A DNA stretch of 64,000 bases from Haliotis cracherodii (taxonomy: Eukaryota), in contig NW_027266272.1 in the NCBI RefSeq assembly GCF_022045235.1, positions 25,544,001 to 25,608,000 on the forward strand. Reading direction: 5' to 3'. Below the pieces are notes generated by a model, which did not search any database, was not told the DNA's origin, and saw nothing but the letters and a program-made list of their open reading frames with translations. Positions 24,850 to 38,092 of the stretch are shown here, in pieces. The first letter of the stretch is position 1. The number at the start of each line of letters is the position of its first letter. A program made the position numbers and the translations under genes.

Positions 24850-25782
24850 CTAGAAGGAGAGTCGCATGTTTTGGGAGCCAGCGTTGTTTGAGGAGAGTCC
24901 ACCTTGCCCAAATCCTCCGTTCAGTCCTGAAGGGAGTCCCTGGTTCATTCCCTGAGACTGTCCGCCTCCTATTCCCTGGTTGAATCCACCTCCCAAACCG
25001 TTGTTGTTACCTGGGTTCTGCATGCCGAGAAGTCCTTGGCCGAAGAGCTGGTTCTGGGCTGTGAAAGAGGTGGTGGCAGGCTGACTGTCGATGCCGATCT
25101 TGCAGCACAGAGGGATGACGTCCATGCAGGTGGAGCCAGAGATCTGGTGAGAGGGACACAGAGCCAGTCCACGGCCGGTCAGCTCCTCAAAGGACAGGTT
25201 CTCCACGGTCTCAGAGGAGGTTGCGGTCTGTCCCTGGTAGATGGTGACGGGGGTGCCAACGATGCCGCGGGGAGTACGGGACTGGCTCCACCAGGTACGG
25301 TCGGTCAGGATGTCGCCGAGAGCACGACTGGAACACACTTCTTCAGTGCGGGAGAATTCAGTGACGACCAACTGGAACTGACCTTGGAGAGTTGAAGCAG
25401 GGTTGGAGGCGATGACAGCTGAGAGACGAAGGCTACGGGCTCCACCAAATCGGTTAAACATGGGGTTGTTGAAGTTGTTGTTGTTGTTGCCAAGGCTGAA
25501 GGTGACCCTCATGTCATCGCCGTTGGAGTTCTTGGCGATACAGGTCTGGTACAGGGTGTTGTCTTGCACACTGGGTCTCAAAGGTTGGAAGAGATTGTTT
25601 CCCCACCCTCCAGCTTGACCTTGACCTTGTCCCATGCCAAGCGCACCGCCACCTAATCCTCCAAATTGACCCATACCCTGACCTTGACCCTGACCTTGAC
25701 CCATGCCCCACCACTGAGCACACACCTGGTGAGAGGCGAGCCCCAACACCACACACACAGCGACGACGAGTTGATGGACCAT
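24850..25782 (-). CDS. Paralogue 3 (310 aa, ends GSQNMRLSF)
   Basis: Intact ORF from ACCATGG at 25782, with signal peptide and six-Cys domain. Candidate minus-strand AATAAA at 24491-24496. Confidence 0.93.
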   Translation of the reverse strand: MVHQLVVAVCVVLGLASHQVCAQWWGMGQGQGQGQGMGQFGGLGGGALGMGQGQGQAGGWGNNLFQPLRPSVQDNTLYQTCIAKNSNGDDMRVTFSLGNNNNNFNNPMFNRFGGARSLRLSAVIASNPASTLQGQFQLVVTEFSRTEEVCSSRALGDILTDRTWWSQSRTPRGIVGTPVTIYQGQTATSSETVENLSFEELTGRGLALCPSHQISGSTCMDVIPLCCKIGIDSQPATTSFTAQNQLFGQGLLGMQNPGNNNGLGGGFNQGIGGGQSQGMNQGLPSGLNGGFGQGGLSSNNAGSQNMRLSF

Positions 25783-25838
25783 GGTTATTCTAGACTGACT
25801 GAGCGAGTGAGAATGGCTGACCACTGATCGGACTCGGG

Positions 25839-25926
25839 TTATATCCACGGCTGTCGAGGTGCGGGGTCATAAATCTGGCCTAGGTGTGGGTCTTCCTCTT
25901 TCCTCCATGACGTCAGAACCTAATTA
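25839..25926 (-). promoter_or_regulatory. Promoter cassette of paralogue 3
   Basis: ATATAA at 25839-44, CRE at 25908-15, TAATTA at 25921-26. Confidence 0.7.
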
Positions 25927-27015
25927 CCAGCTGATTGTCCCAATTAAGCCTTGAGGTTAAGTTAATGTAGGCTCACTCTATTTGTACCCATCCTTACAAC
26001 ATACCTATAGTTAAGTGGCCGACCCCATTGGTTTGCTAATGAATTCACAAGGCAGCACTTTCTTTAGTCTAAAATATAGTCCCTGAAATATAGTTTTTGT
26101 ATACGTTTGAATAAAAATGATAGAATACCCGTCGAGCATGAAAGTCGACCCTTCATACGATTTCTTATTTTCTTATTATTTATATAATTTAGAAAATATT
26201 ATTTAAACTAATAATTATTGCCCTAAGGCAAGACTCGTGCAAGTGTACAGATTTGGTTTAGTTTGTTTGTTGGTTAACGCCGCACTCAGCAATATTCCAG
26301 CTATATGACGGCGGTCTGTAAGTAATCGAGTCTGTACCAGACAATCCAGTGAGCATCGATCCACGCAATTGGGATACAATGACATGCATCAGCCAAGTCG
26401 GCGAGCCTGACCACCCGATCCCTTTGGTCGCCTCTTACCACAAGCATAGTCGCCTTTTGGTTGAACCTTATTTCACTACCTGTTTTTCACACCTACGTTT
26501 TCTGCGTCTGTGTCATCAGAAACTCAGTGTAGGTAGTATGAAGTGACAAATCAATGGTCAGTGTTAGTCCTGGATTAACACCTGAAAAGCGTGGATCAAA
26601 ATCGCCGACCCAATGATATGCTAACTTGACCCCAACCCGCGGCATTTCTTTCGTATGCTGTACCTGGCCATAATTCAGTATATTTTGAATTTCGAACCAA
26701 AGTTTTATATTTCTGTATTGTTTCCGTTTTCAAGTTAAACATTTTATACCCCAGACCTAAAAGGGCGGGGTATATAGTTATACCGAGAAATTCCATCCGT
26801 CATTTCGGTCGTCCTTCCGAGGACATTTTTTGTGTGACCTACTCGTATAATTTGAAAACTTCTACATATATTCTTTCGAACTTGGTGAACACTTTACCAA
26901 TACCAATAGGCGAGGTGCATTGCGAAGTTTGATGTTTGAATTTTCTGAAGAAAGAAAATACATTTGTTTTTCACTTTTTTACTTAGAATATTTTTACTAA
27001 ACATTCGTGTGACCT

Positions 27016-27175
27016 ATATAGAGAATCTCACCCGAGTGTCTTTTGATATCAAATATATCAACACGAGTTGATAAAAGTGGAAAAATTCCGAGGCTTGCCG
27101 AGGATTTTTGCCACTTTTATCAACGAGTGTTGATATATTTGATATCAAAAGACACGAGGGTGAGATTTTATTTAT
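27016..27175. repeat. ~160-bp palindrome (foldback-element arm)
   Basis: aatctcacccgagtgtcttttgatatcaaatatatcaacac... / ...gtgttgatatatttgatatcaaaagacacgagggtgagatt around the loop gaggcttgccgag. Confidence 0.85.
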
Positions 27176-27774
27176 CATCCAACATCATTCTTTCAACTTT
27201 TTCAATTTGTAGACATTAATTAGCAGTGTCTTCAGTGTAAAAAGTACTGCAAACAGCTTAAGTTGCAGAACCATTAGTGATGTCATCTGATTGTGACGTC
27301 ATGGTAACCAGTGACATCACAATGGTCTGCAAAGCATTGTGATGTAATGTCATTGCAGCGATATCTACAGTGTAGATATCGCTTGATCTCATCCAAGCGA
27401 TATCTCCTGTGGGAGCCAGTTTTGGATGATAAAATTTGGAAACTACAGCATGGCTTCATTTCAAAGTTAGAGTACAGTGTGTATTTTCTGCAAAATATAT
27501 ATATTTATTTTCTTGTTTTGAACTTTCGAATATTTTTTTACTATAATATTTGTGCGACCTATAACTTAAACACTTCTTCGTGGATTCTTTTCCAAATGGA
27601 GGTACATTTTGTAGACGCAATGGGAGAGATGCAGTGCAAAGTTTGATTTTGCTGAGTGGATTTTCTAAGAAAATATTGCTTTTTACATGTTTTGAACTTA
27701 GAAATATGTTGGACTCGAAGCCAGGTGTATTAGTGAGCCCTGGTCACCTTAAATAGTCTTGTTTCATTTATTGT

Positions 27775-30420
27775 TTGGTATTACTTTCTGTGTTTAATAA
27801 TGTCTTCTTTGACTTCGTGTGTAAGCAGAATATTATCTGTTTAACCCAAACGTGGAAAAATGTTCAGATGACTTTAAGTTTGTTTTTTCCTGATTTCATT
27901 TCATTACAGTCAGTTCGACCTAAAGAGAAGAGGGCAGGTCGCTGCAGTGGAGGTGTCGCAGTATATGTTAGTGGTAAACTTTCATCGTATTTTTCAAGGA
28001 TACATGACGAATGGGTTGACTGTGTTTTTCTTGTATCCAGTGATGTATCCTGACACTGATACAAATATATATCAAATACAGCCCATGCAAGTCTACATTA
28101 CTGCAGTATCTGAAAATGAAGAGAGTCACTGGGCTCCCTTTTGTTATATTTTTATTAAGATAACTGAACAACTGTTTTTTCTGCACGATATGTTCATTTC
28201 AGACACTAGATGTTAGTCTACTGAGGGCATTGAAATTTTAGAAACTTTTCTTGCAGTGCTCATAGACGAAATCCCGGAAAATGACTTCATCTTGTGTGGT
28301 AACTTTAATAGTAGAACTCGAACCGAATTCGATTATATTGGTTTTGATGCAGTTGATCATCTACCAATGGATGATATTGTGTATGAACAGAATGACAGCC
28401 CTGAAGAGCGAAAGAACAAGGACCAAGTAGTTAGAGACCAAGTATTAGAGCAACATGTGTTAGCTCACCATGTTATATGTGTGTGTCAGCATCCATTTAC
28501 AAGTATGTAGAGGTCTTTAAAGGTATAAGTCGCACTGAGTCTGGCCATCTTCCCATATTTGCTTCTTTCTCATCATTGTTTAATGTAGTATACACTCTAG
28601 AACAGCCTAGGTGAGGCCAGGGGTAGATATACATGGAACGCGGATAAGAGTGGAGACTATATGAATAATTTTGAAAGTGAATTAGTGCAAGAAATGTTAA
28701 ATTAATTTATTACCTGTGTGGAAATTGATGTTGATAAAGCCGCAGAGAAGTTACAGCATATAATGCAATACTGTGGAAGGAATATGAAAGTAAAGTTGTC
28801 CAAGTATATAGGCTTAAAGAAACAATCAGAATGGTTTGATGAAGAGTGTGAACACTTGAAGAGAGAAAAGTATAAACTCTTGAATACATTCAGAAAGGTT
28901 TCTTCTCCGGAAAACTATAACTTATACAAGAACATTAGAAACAAATGTAAATCTTTATGTAAACAAAAACAGACTAATTTTAAGCAGAGCATTAGTGAAT
29001 GCTGCGAATGATAGTAACTGTACAACATTTTGGAGACTTGTGTAACGGTATATCACCTCAAGCTCGCAGGACTCTGGCATCGCACCTGCAACTTGGGTAG
29101 ATTAGATCGTGTGATTTTATCGAACAAGATGTGGTAAACACTCTTCATCATTTAAAGTATGGAAAATCACCTGGTGATGATGGACACCCACCAGAATTGT
29201 ACAAATCTGTTGAAAATGTATTAACTCCATATCTTGTCATTTTGTTTAATGCAGTGTTGTCCAGTGGACATTACCCAAAATTATGGTCAACGGGAATAAT
29301 AATGCCACTGCATAAAAAAAGGTAGTAAAAGTGATCCTAATAACTTACGTGGTATATCACTTCTCAATATAATGGGTAAAATGTTTTCTTATATTTTGAG
29401 GCATAATTTGTGAATATCAAGGGGGGTCTAAGAAAGATCATACCACTATTGATAACATTTTCAATTTACAAGCTATTATACAAAAGTATATCACTCGCAA
29501 AAAGGAAAAGTATATTGCGCTTTTATTGATTTTAGAAAAAAACCCATTTGATATGGTTAATAGGAGTAAGTTAATGTGTTATTTATTGCAAAATGGTATT
29601 CATGGCAAGTTTTTATGTATTATCCAGAGTATGTATAATCATGTTAAAGCAACTGTAACATACGATTATGGCAAGAAAATTACTGAGTATTTTGATAGTT
29701 CATGTGGGTTAAGACAAGGTTGTACTCTTAGTCCAGTACTGTTTTCTTTATTAATCAACGAATTAGTTATATGTTTGGAAAGTAAATTCCAGGATGGTGT
29801 TTTTATCTCAGAGGAAATGTTAAATATAATTTCCCTATTGTTTGCCGACCATTTAATACTTGTTGCAAACAGTGTATTAAAATTACAAAAACGTCTTGAT
29901 GAATTACATTTATACTCTTATAAATGGGGTATGGATATTAATACTGAGAAAAGTAAAATTATTGTGTTTAAAATGGGAGCACCCTTGTCAAAAAATGAGA
30001 AATGGTATTATAACGGTGAACGGATGAAAACAGTTAATTCCTATAAATATTTGGGACTTAATTTCATTCCCAAATTAATTTGGACTAAGGCCTGTAAAAC
30101 TTTATGCGAGCAAGCAAACAAGGCACTTTGATCAGTTAAATCATTGATACGACGTTATGACATTTCGGTTACGGAAGTATTCTTTATATTTGATAAAAAA
30201 ATTGTACCAATATTACTGTATGATGCTGAGATTTGGGGATACCAAAAATGGAATACGATTGAAATTGTTCACCGCAAATTTTGTAAAATTGCAAATACTG
30301 TAGCCTATGGTGAATGTGGCAGGTATCAACTTCATACTTTTTATCATGTAAAATACATAAAAATATTGGTCTAAGAATTTGAATATGAGCCCAAACAGAT
30401 ACCCAAACCAGTGTTATAAG
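27775..30420 (+). mobile_element. Decayed non-LTR retrotransposon ORF2 (APE endonuclease + RT), RTE-X/CR1-like
   Basis: Fragments ICLTQTW, GRCSGGVAVYV, ILCGNFNSRT, GKSPGDDG, GLRQGCTLSPVLF, LLFADHLIL, YKYLG, ILLYDAEIWG, AYGECGRY. Many stops and frameshifts. MITE inserted at ~28045-28220. Clade assignment is tentative. Confidence 0.85.
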
Positions 30421-30852
30421 ATGGGTCAAATGGCAAATGGGTCAAATGGCCTTAATACAAATAAATCTGTCTGTCTGTCTGTTTTAGGTCGACGGATCCG
30501 TAAACAAAGTGAAAATGTTCTTTGACTGACGCGCCCAGCGCATTGACACAATTCCATCTGCATGAGAGAGAGAAGGGACAAGTAACAAAATCCCATGCCT
30601 GGGGATAATACGTAAATTGAACATAAAACAACTTAAATGAAGTCTTTTTATTAGAAAATATGTCGCACACACAATCTGTCCACACACACAATGATTATGG
30701 GCTGATCAACTCACTATCGGTTATAAATTTCTTGTGACATGAAAGAATTCGTAGTGAGTGATACGTTTCATTGACAATAAATTAATATGGTACATGAATG
30801 ATAAATATTGAAAGTTATTGAAAGTCTATTGACTAGTCTACATAAGTTTAGT

Positions 30853-31785
30853 CTAGAATGAGAGTCGCATGTTTGGGGAGCCAGCGTTGTTTGAGGGGAG
30901 TCCACCTTGACCAAATCCTCCGTTCAGTCCTGAAGGGAGTCCCTGGTTCATTCCCTGAGACTGTCCGCCGCCCATTCCCTGGTTGAATCCGCCTCCCAAA
31001 CCGTTGTTGCTACCTGGGTTCTGCATGCCGAGAAGTCCCTGGCCGAAGAGCTGGTTCTGGGCTGTGAAAGAGGTGGTGGCAGGCTGACTGTCGATGCCGA
31101 TCTTGCAGCACAGAGGGATGACGTCCATGCAGGTGGAGCCAGAGATCTGGTGAGAGGGACACAGAGCCAGTCCACGGCCGGTCAGCTCCTCGAAGGACAG
31201 GTTCTCCACGGTCTCAGAGGAGGTGGCGGTCTGTCCTTGGTAGATGGTGACGGGGGTGCCCACGATGCCGCGGGGAGTACGGGACTGGCTCCACCAGGTA
31301 CGGTCGGTCAGGATGTCGCCGAGAGCACGACTGGAACACACTTCTTCAGTGCGGGAGAATTCAGTGACGACCAACTGGAACTGACCTTGAAGAGTTGAAG
31401 CAGGGTTGGAGGCGATGACAGCTGAGAGACGAAGGCTACGGACTCCAACAAATCGGTTAAACATGGGGTTGTTGAAGTTGTTGTTGTTGTTGCCAAGGCT
31501 GAAGGTGACCCTCATGTCATCGCCGTTGGAGTTCTTGGCGATACAGGTCTGGTACAAGGTGTTGTCTTGTACACTGGGTCTCAACGGTTGGAAGAGATTG
31601 TTTCCCCACCCTCCAGCTTGACCTTGACCTTGACCCATGCCAAGCGCACCGCCACCTAATCCTCCAAATTGACCCATACCCTGACCTTGACCCTGACCTT
31701 GACCCATGCCCCACCACTGAGCACACACCTGGTGAGAGGCGAGCCCCAACACCACACACACAGCGACGACGAGTTGATGGACCAT
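30853..31785 (-). CDS. Paralogue 4 (310 aa, ends GSPNMRLSF)
   Basis: Intact ORF from ACCATGG at 31785. Minus-strand AATAAA at 30647-30652. Confidence 0.93.
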   Translation of the reverse strand: MVHQLVVAVCVVLGLASHQVCAQWWGMGQGQGQGQGMGQFGGLGGGALGMGQGQGQAGGWGNNLFQPLRPSVQDNTLYQTCIAKNSNGDDMRVTFSLGNNNNNFNNPMFNRFVGVRSLRLSAVIASNPASTLQGQFQLVVTEFSRTEEVCSSRALGDILTDRTWWSQSRTPRGIVGTPVTIYQGQTATSSETVENLSFEELTGRGLALCPSHQISGSTCMDVIPLCCKIGIDSQPATTSFTAQNQLFGQGLLGMQNPGSNNGLGGGFNQGMGGGQSQGMNQGLPSGLNGGFGQGGLPSNNAGSPNMRLSF

Positions 31786-31841
31786 GGTTATTTTGGACTG
31801 ACTGACCAAGTGAGAATGGCTGACCACTGATCGGACTCGGG

Positions 31842-31929
31842 TTATATCCACGGCTGTCGAGGTGCGGGGTCATAAATCTGTCCTAGGTGTGGGTCTTCCT
31901 CTTTCCTCCGTGACGTCAGAACCTAATTA
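31842..31929 (-). promoter_or_regulatory. Promoter cassette of paralogue 4
   Basis: ATATAA at 31842-47, CRE at 31911-18, TAATTA at 31924-29. Confidence 0.7.
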
Positions 31930-32479
31930 CCAGATGATTGTCCCAATTAAGCCTTGAGGTTATGTTAATGTAGGCTCACTCTATTTGTACCCATCCTTAC
32001 AACATACCTATAGTTAAGTGGCCGACCCCATTTGTTTGCTAATGAATTCACAAGGCAGCACTTTCTTTACACTAACATATAGTCCCTGAAATAAAGTTTT
32101 TGTATACGTTTGAATAAAAATAATAAAATACCCGTCGAGCATGAAGGTCGTTTTCTTATGAAATCACATTAATAACTTGTTCTTATTATTTATATTATTT
32201 AGAAAATATTAATCTGAAGAGCTAAATAGGATGAGTATAGGCTAGAGAAGGGGAAGAGTGGAATGAAGATCAAATATGTATTAAATATACCTAATGTGAC
32301 CTGTAAGAGAGATTACACTTTCTTATGTAAGCCGCCTTTTTTCTATCTGATCCATATTTTCAATATATCAATGATTTCGGTTATTTCATTGTACACCTGA
32401 GGACCAATTATTTTTTTCAAGCATTTTCAGTAATGGAATATTTCTTTCTAGCACCCTCACGAGTTATCATTATCATTAG

Positions 32480-33740
32480 GCTGTATGGATATAATGAAGA
32501 TACCTACCTATTTGATAACATGCTGTATGAATATAATGAAGATATCTTCCTATTTGATAACATGCTGTACGAATATAATGAAGATATCTACCTATTTGAT
32601 AACATGCTGTATGAATATAATGAAGATATCCACCTATATGATAACATGATGTACGAATATAATGAAGATATCTACCTATTTGATAACATGCTGTATGAAT
32701 ATAATGAAGATATCCACCTATATGATAACATGCTGTACGAATATAATGAAGATATCTACCTATTTGATAACATGCTGTATGAATATAATGAAGATATCCA
32801 CCTATATGATAACATGATGTACGAATATAATGAAGATATCTACCAATTTGATAACATGTTGTATGGATATAATGAAGATATCTACCTATTTAGTAAGATG
32901 CTGTATGAATATAATGAAGATATCTACCTATATGATAACATGCTGTATGAATATAATGAAGATATCTACCTATATGATAACATGTTGTATGGATATAATG
33001 AAGATATCTACCTATTTGATAACATGCTGTATGAGTATAATGAAGACATCTACCTATATGATAACATGATGTATGAATATAATGAAGATATCTACCTATT
33101 TGATAACATGCTTTTTGAATATAATGAAGATATCTACCTTTATGGTAACATGCTGTATGGATAAAATGAAGATATCAATCTCATTAAAATCAGATCTTAG
33201 TTCTCGCTGCCGCTAAACAAAGATCTGAGGACATCCCATTACGGGTCACGTCAGAACGACCTTTCGCGAACCTTGACCGACCACTGAAATGACTAACAAG
33301 AAGTCTGTATGTTGTATGGATATAATGAAGATATCCACCTAAATGATAACATGTTGTATGGGTATAATGAAGATATCTACCTATATGATAACATGTTGTA
33401 TGGATATAATGAAGATATCCACCTAGATGATAACATGTTGTATGGGTATAATGAAGATACCTACCTATATGGTAACATGTTGTATGGATATAATGAAGAT
33501 ATCCACCTAAATGATAACATGCTGTATGGATATAATGAAGATACCTACCTATATGATAACATGTTGTATGGATATAATGAAGATATCTACCTATATGGTA
33601 ACATGTTGTATGGATATAATGAAGATACCTACCTATATGATAACATGCTGTATGGGTATAATGAAGATATCTACCTATATGATAACATGCTGTATGGATA
33701 TAATGAAGATATCTACCTATATGGTAACATGCTGTATCTG
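32480..33740. repeat. 42-bp minisatellite, subarray A
   Basis: Unit atctacctatatgataacatgctgtatggatataatgaagat. Interrupted by a MITE fragment at 33176-33305. Confidence 0.95.
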
Positions 33741-33742
33741 TA

Positions 33743-35860
33743 ATGCCTACCTGTATTGCAACGTGTTGTATGGATAGAAGGACAATGCCTACCTGTATTG
33801 TAACGTGGTGTATGGAGAGAAGGACAATACCTACCTGTATTGTAACGTGGTGTATGGAGAGAACGACAATGCCTACCTATATTGTAATGTGTTGTATGGA
33901 CAGAAGGAATATACCTACCTGTATTGTAACATGTTGTAGGGAGAGAAGGAATATGCCTACCTGTATTGTAACGTGGTGTATGGACAGAAGGAATATACTT
34001 ACCTGTATTGTAACGTGGTGTATGGACAGAAGGAATATACCTCCCTGTATTGTAACGTGGTGTATGGAGAGAAGGAATATACCTACCTGTATTGTAACGT
34101 GGTGTATGGACAGAAGGAATATACCTACCTGTATTGTAACATGGTGTATGGACAGAAGGAATATACCTACCTGTATTGTAACGTGTTGTAGGGAGAGAAG
34201 GAATATACCTACTTGTATTGTAACGTGGTGTATGGACAGAAGGAATATACCTACCTGTATTGTAACGTGGTGTATGGACAGAAGGAATATACCTCCCTGT
34301 ATTGTAACGTGGTGTATGGAGAGAAGGAATATACCTACCTGTATTGTAACGTGGTGTATGGACAGAAGGAATATACCTACCTGTATTGTAACATGGTGTA
34401 TGGACAGAAGGAATATACCTACCTGTATTGTAACGTGTTGTAGGGAGAGAAGGAATATACCTACCTGTATTTTAACGTGTTGTAGGGAGAGAAGGAATAT
34501 ACCTACCTGTATCGTAACGTGGTGTATGGAGAGAAGGAATATACCTACCTGTATTGTAACGTGGTGTATAGATAGAAGGACAATGCCTACCTGTATTTTA
34601 ACGTGGTGTATGGAGGGAAGGAATATACCTACCTGTATTTTAACGTGTTGTATAGATAGAAGGACAATGCCTACCTGTATTGTAACGTGGTGTATGGACA
34701 GAAGGAATATACCTACCTGTATTGTAACGTGTTGTATAGATAGAAGGACAATGCCTACCTGTATTTTAACGTGGTGTATGGAGAGAAGGACAATGCCTAC
34801 CTGTATTGTAACGTGGTGTATGGACAGAAGGAATATACCTACCTGTATTGTAACGTGGTGTATGGAGAGAAGGAATATACATACCTGTATTGTAACGTGT
34901 TGTATAGATAGAAGGACAATGCCTACCTGTATTTTAACGTGGTGTATGGAGGGAAGGAATATACCTACCTGTATTGTAACGTGGTGTATGGAGAGAAGGA
35001 CAATGCCTACCTGTATTGTAACGTGGTGTATGGACAGAAGGAATATACCTAGCTGTATTGTATCGTGGTGTATGGAGAGAAGGACAATGCCTACCTGTAT
35101 TGTAACGTGGTGTATGGAGAAAAGGACAATGTCTACCTGTATTGTAACGTGGTGTATGGAGGGAAGGAATATACCTACCTGTATTGTAACGTGGTGTATG
35201 GAGAGAAGGACAATGCCTCCCTGTATTTTAACGTGGTGTATGGAGGGAGGGAATATACCTACCTGTATTGTAACGTGGTGTATACATAGAAGGACAATGC
35301 CTCCCTGTATTGTAACGTGGTGTATGGAGAGAAGGAATATACCTACCTGTATTGTAACGTGGTGTATAGACAGAAGGAATATACCTACCTGTATTGTAAC
35401 GTGGTGTATGGAGAGAAGGACAATGCCTACCTGTATTGTAACGTGGTGTATGGAGAAAAGGACAATGCCTACTTGTATTGTAACGTGGTGTATGGAGAAA
35501 AGGACAATGCCTACCTGTATTGTAACGTGGTGTATGGACAGAAGGAATATACCTACCTGTATTGTAACGTGGTGTATGGAGAGAAGGACAATGCCCCCCG
35601 TATTGTAACGTGTTGTATGGACAGAAGGACAATGCCTCCCTGTATTGTAACGTGTTGTATGGACAGAAGGAATAAACCTACCTGTATTGTAACGTGGTGT
35701 ATGGAGAGAAGGAATATACCTACTTGTATTGTAACGTGTTGTATAGATAGAAGGACAATGCCTACCTGTATTTTAACGTGGTGTATGGAGGGAAGGAATA
35801 TACCTACTTGTATTGTAACGTGTTGTGTGGATACAAGGACACTACCTACCTATATGGAAA
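33743..35860. repeat. 42-bp minisatellite, subarray B (~50 units)
   Basis: Unit acctacctgtattgtaacgtggtgtatggacagaaggaatat. Confidence 0.95.
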
Positions 35861-36242
35861 CAGCTTATATTTTTGTACCTGGGTGTTTCGTAATTTCCTG
35901 TTCGAAGAGGCTATCAAATTCTTTCATGTTTCGTTTGTAAATGGCGAAATTAAAACGGGTTGTACAAAGCCGTCTTTAAACTATCATTAACTAATAGCAC
36001 TTTAAGTATATAATTTTCATTACCGCGTAATTCAATTAGAGTATTCCTCCATCATGTTCCATACAATTTCGTATTAGCAAACAAATAAGTTTGTGCAACG
36101 CAGAAAGTTTCAACTTCAGACCCCTGTATTTTATCAACGTATTAGCGCATATTATTAGGCATGTGTGGATTATTAAATGGTAGATAAATGGTACTTCAAA
36201 ACCCCCATTAATGTAATGACCCGTTATGGTGTTATTGAAAGT

Positions 36243-36324
<82 letters not shown>

Positions 36325-37016
36325 CCAAGTAACAAAATCCCATGTTTTGGGATGATACCAAAGTTGGGTAACGCTGCTTTAAAAAGTATTTCAGTTATAA
36401 CACTGAGTATAATCCCATCATAGTTACTGAAAGTGAAGTATTGTTCAAGGTCATTACAAATAATGAGTGAGTGCGTCGGGTTTAACGCGGCTTTTAACAC
36501 TAGTCCAGTTATATCACGGAGTGTCAGCTTAATGTGGGAGGAAAGCCCGAAGTGATGCAGGTGTCAGACGTTTACCACTTCGGTGAAATCCACGAGCACG
36601 GGTATGGTGCTGACAAACCTAGAAACATAATCGGGGCGAACTTGAGTTCGAACACACGATCGTAGTTTTCTGGCGTGCACAAGGAACGCAACTCTGCACA
36701 TAGAATGGCACCGTTTTTGACGAATGGCCACTCGTTGGGACAACAAGAAACACTGTATTCAGGGATAATATATTTACTGACAAAACCATAAAGTCATACA
36801 CATCAGTGCAAATGTTTATCAAACATAATAATGCACTTAGTCTTCAGCATTACAACATAACTACCAACGCATTATTGGCTATAAATAGTTTTACAGAAGA
36901 GGAAACCATAAATAAATTTAAAAAATTAAACGTTTTATGGTATCAATAAATAAAATATATTTGAAGGGATGACATTTTTAAATTTAAGGGACTGTTTGAG
37001 ACTGTAAGAGAACATT

Positions 37017-37946
37017 TCAAAACCCTAGTCCGCCCATGTTAGGGGAGCCAGCGTTGTTTGAGGGGAGTCCACCTTGACCAAATCCTCCGTTCAGTCCTGA
37101 AGGGAGTCCCTGGTTCATTCCCTGAGACTGTCCGCCGCCCATTCCCTGGTTGAATCCACCTCCCAAACCGTTGTTGCTACCTGGGTTCTGCATGCCGAGA
37201 AGTCCCTGGCCGAAGAGCTGGTTCTGGGCTGTGAAAGAGGTGGTAGCAGGCTGACTGTCGAAGCCGATCTTGCAGCACAGAGGGATGACGTCCATGCAGG
37301 TGGAGCCAGAGATCTGGTGAGAGGGACACAGAGCCAGTCCACGGCCGGTCAGCTCCTCGAAGGACAGGTTCTCCACGGTCTCAGAGGAGGTGGCGGTCTG
37401 TCCTTGGTAGATGGTGACGGGGGTGCCCACGATGCCGCGGGGAGTACGGGACTGGCTCCACCAGGTACGGTCGGTCAGGATGTCGCCGAGAGCACGACTG
37501 GAACACACTTCTTCAGTGCGGGAGAATTCAGTGACGACCAACTGGAACTGACCTTGGAGTGTTGAAGCAGGGTTGGAAGCGATGACAGTTGAGAGACGCA
37601 GACTTCGGGATCCACCGAATCGGTTAAACATGGGGTTGTTGAAGTTGTTGTTGTTGTTGCCAAGGCTGAAGGTGACCCTCATGTCATCACCGTTGGAGTT
37701 CTTGGCGATACAGGTCTGGTACAGGGTGTTGTCTTGCACACTGGGTCTCAACGGTTGGAAGAGATTGTTCCCCCACCCTCCAGCTTGACCTTGACCCATG
37801 CCAAACGCACCGCCACCTAATCCTCCAAGTTGACCCATACCCTGACCTTGACCCTGACCTTGACCCATGCCCCACCACTGAGCACACACCTGGTGAGAGG
37901 CGAGCCCCAACACCACACACACAGCGACGACGAGTTGATGGACCAT
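37017..37946 (-). CDS. Paralogue 5 (309 aa, ends GSPNMGGLGF like paralogue 1)
   Basis: Intact ORF from ACCATGG at 37946 with the same architecture. Confidence 0.93.
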   Translation of the reverse strand: MVHQLVVAVCVVLGLASHQVCAQWWGMGQGQGQGQGMGQLGGLGGGAFGMGQGQAGGWGNNLFQPLRPSVQDNTLYQTCIAKNSNGDDMRVTFSLGNNNNNFNNPMFNRFGGSRSLRLSTVIASNPASTLQGQFQLVVTEFSRTEEVCSSRALGDILTDRTWWSQSRTPRGIVGTPVTIYQGQTATSSETVENLSFEELTGRGLALCPSHQISGSTCMDVIPLCCKIGFDSQPATTSFTAQNQLFGQGLLGMQNPGSNNGLGGGFNQGMGGGQSQGMNQGLPSGLNGGFGQGGLPSNNAGSPNMGGLGF

Positions 37947-38002
37947 GGTTATTCTGGACTGACTGGCCAAGTGAGAATGGCTGAGCACTGATCAGACGCG
38001 GG

Positions 38003-38092
38003 TTATATCCACGGCTGTCGAGGTGCGGGGTCATAAATCTGTCCTAGGTGTGGGCCTTCCTCCTACAACAGCGTGACGTCAGAACCTAATTA
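38003..38092 (-). promoter_or_regulatory. Promoter cassette of paralogue 5
   Basis: ATATAA at 38003-08, CRE at 38074-81, TAATTA at 38087-92. Confidence 0.7.

Noticed and set aside
33743-35608. 621-aa Cys/Trp/Met-rich ORF, and the 243-aa and 144-aa YEYNED ORFs at 32433-33743
   Set aside because: Translations of a 42-bp (3n) minisatellite, open in several frames, with no signal peptide, promoter or codon-position bias.
32480-35860. CRISPR-like appearance of regular repeats
   Set aside because: Head-to-tail units without unique spacers; eukaryotic context and no cas genes.
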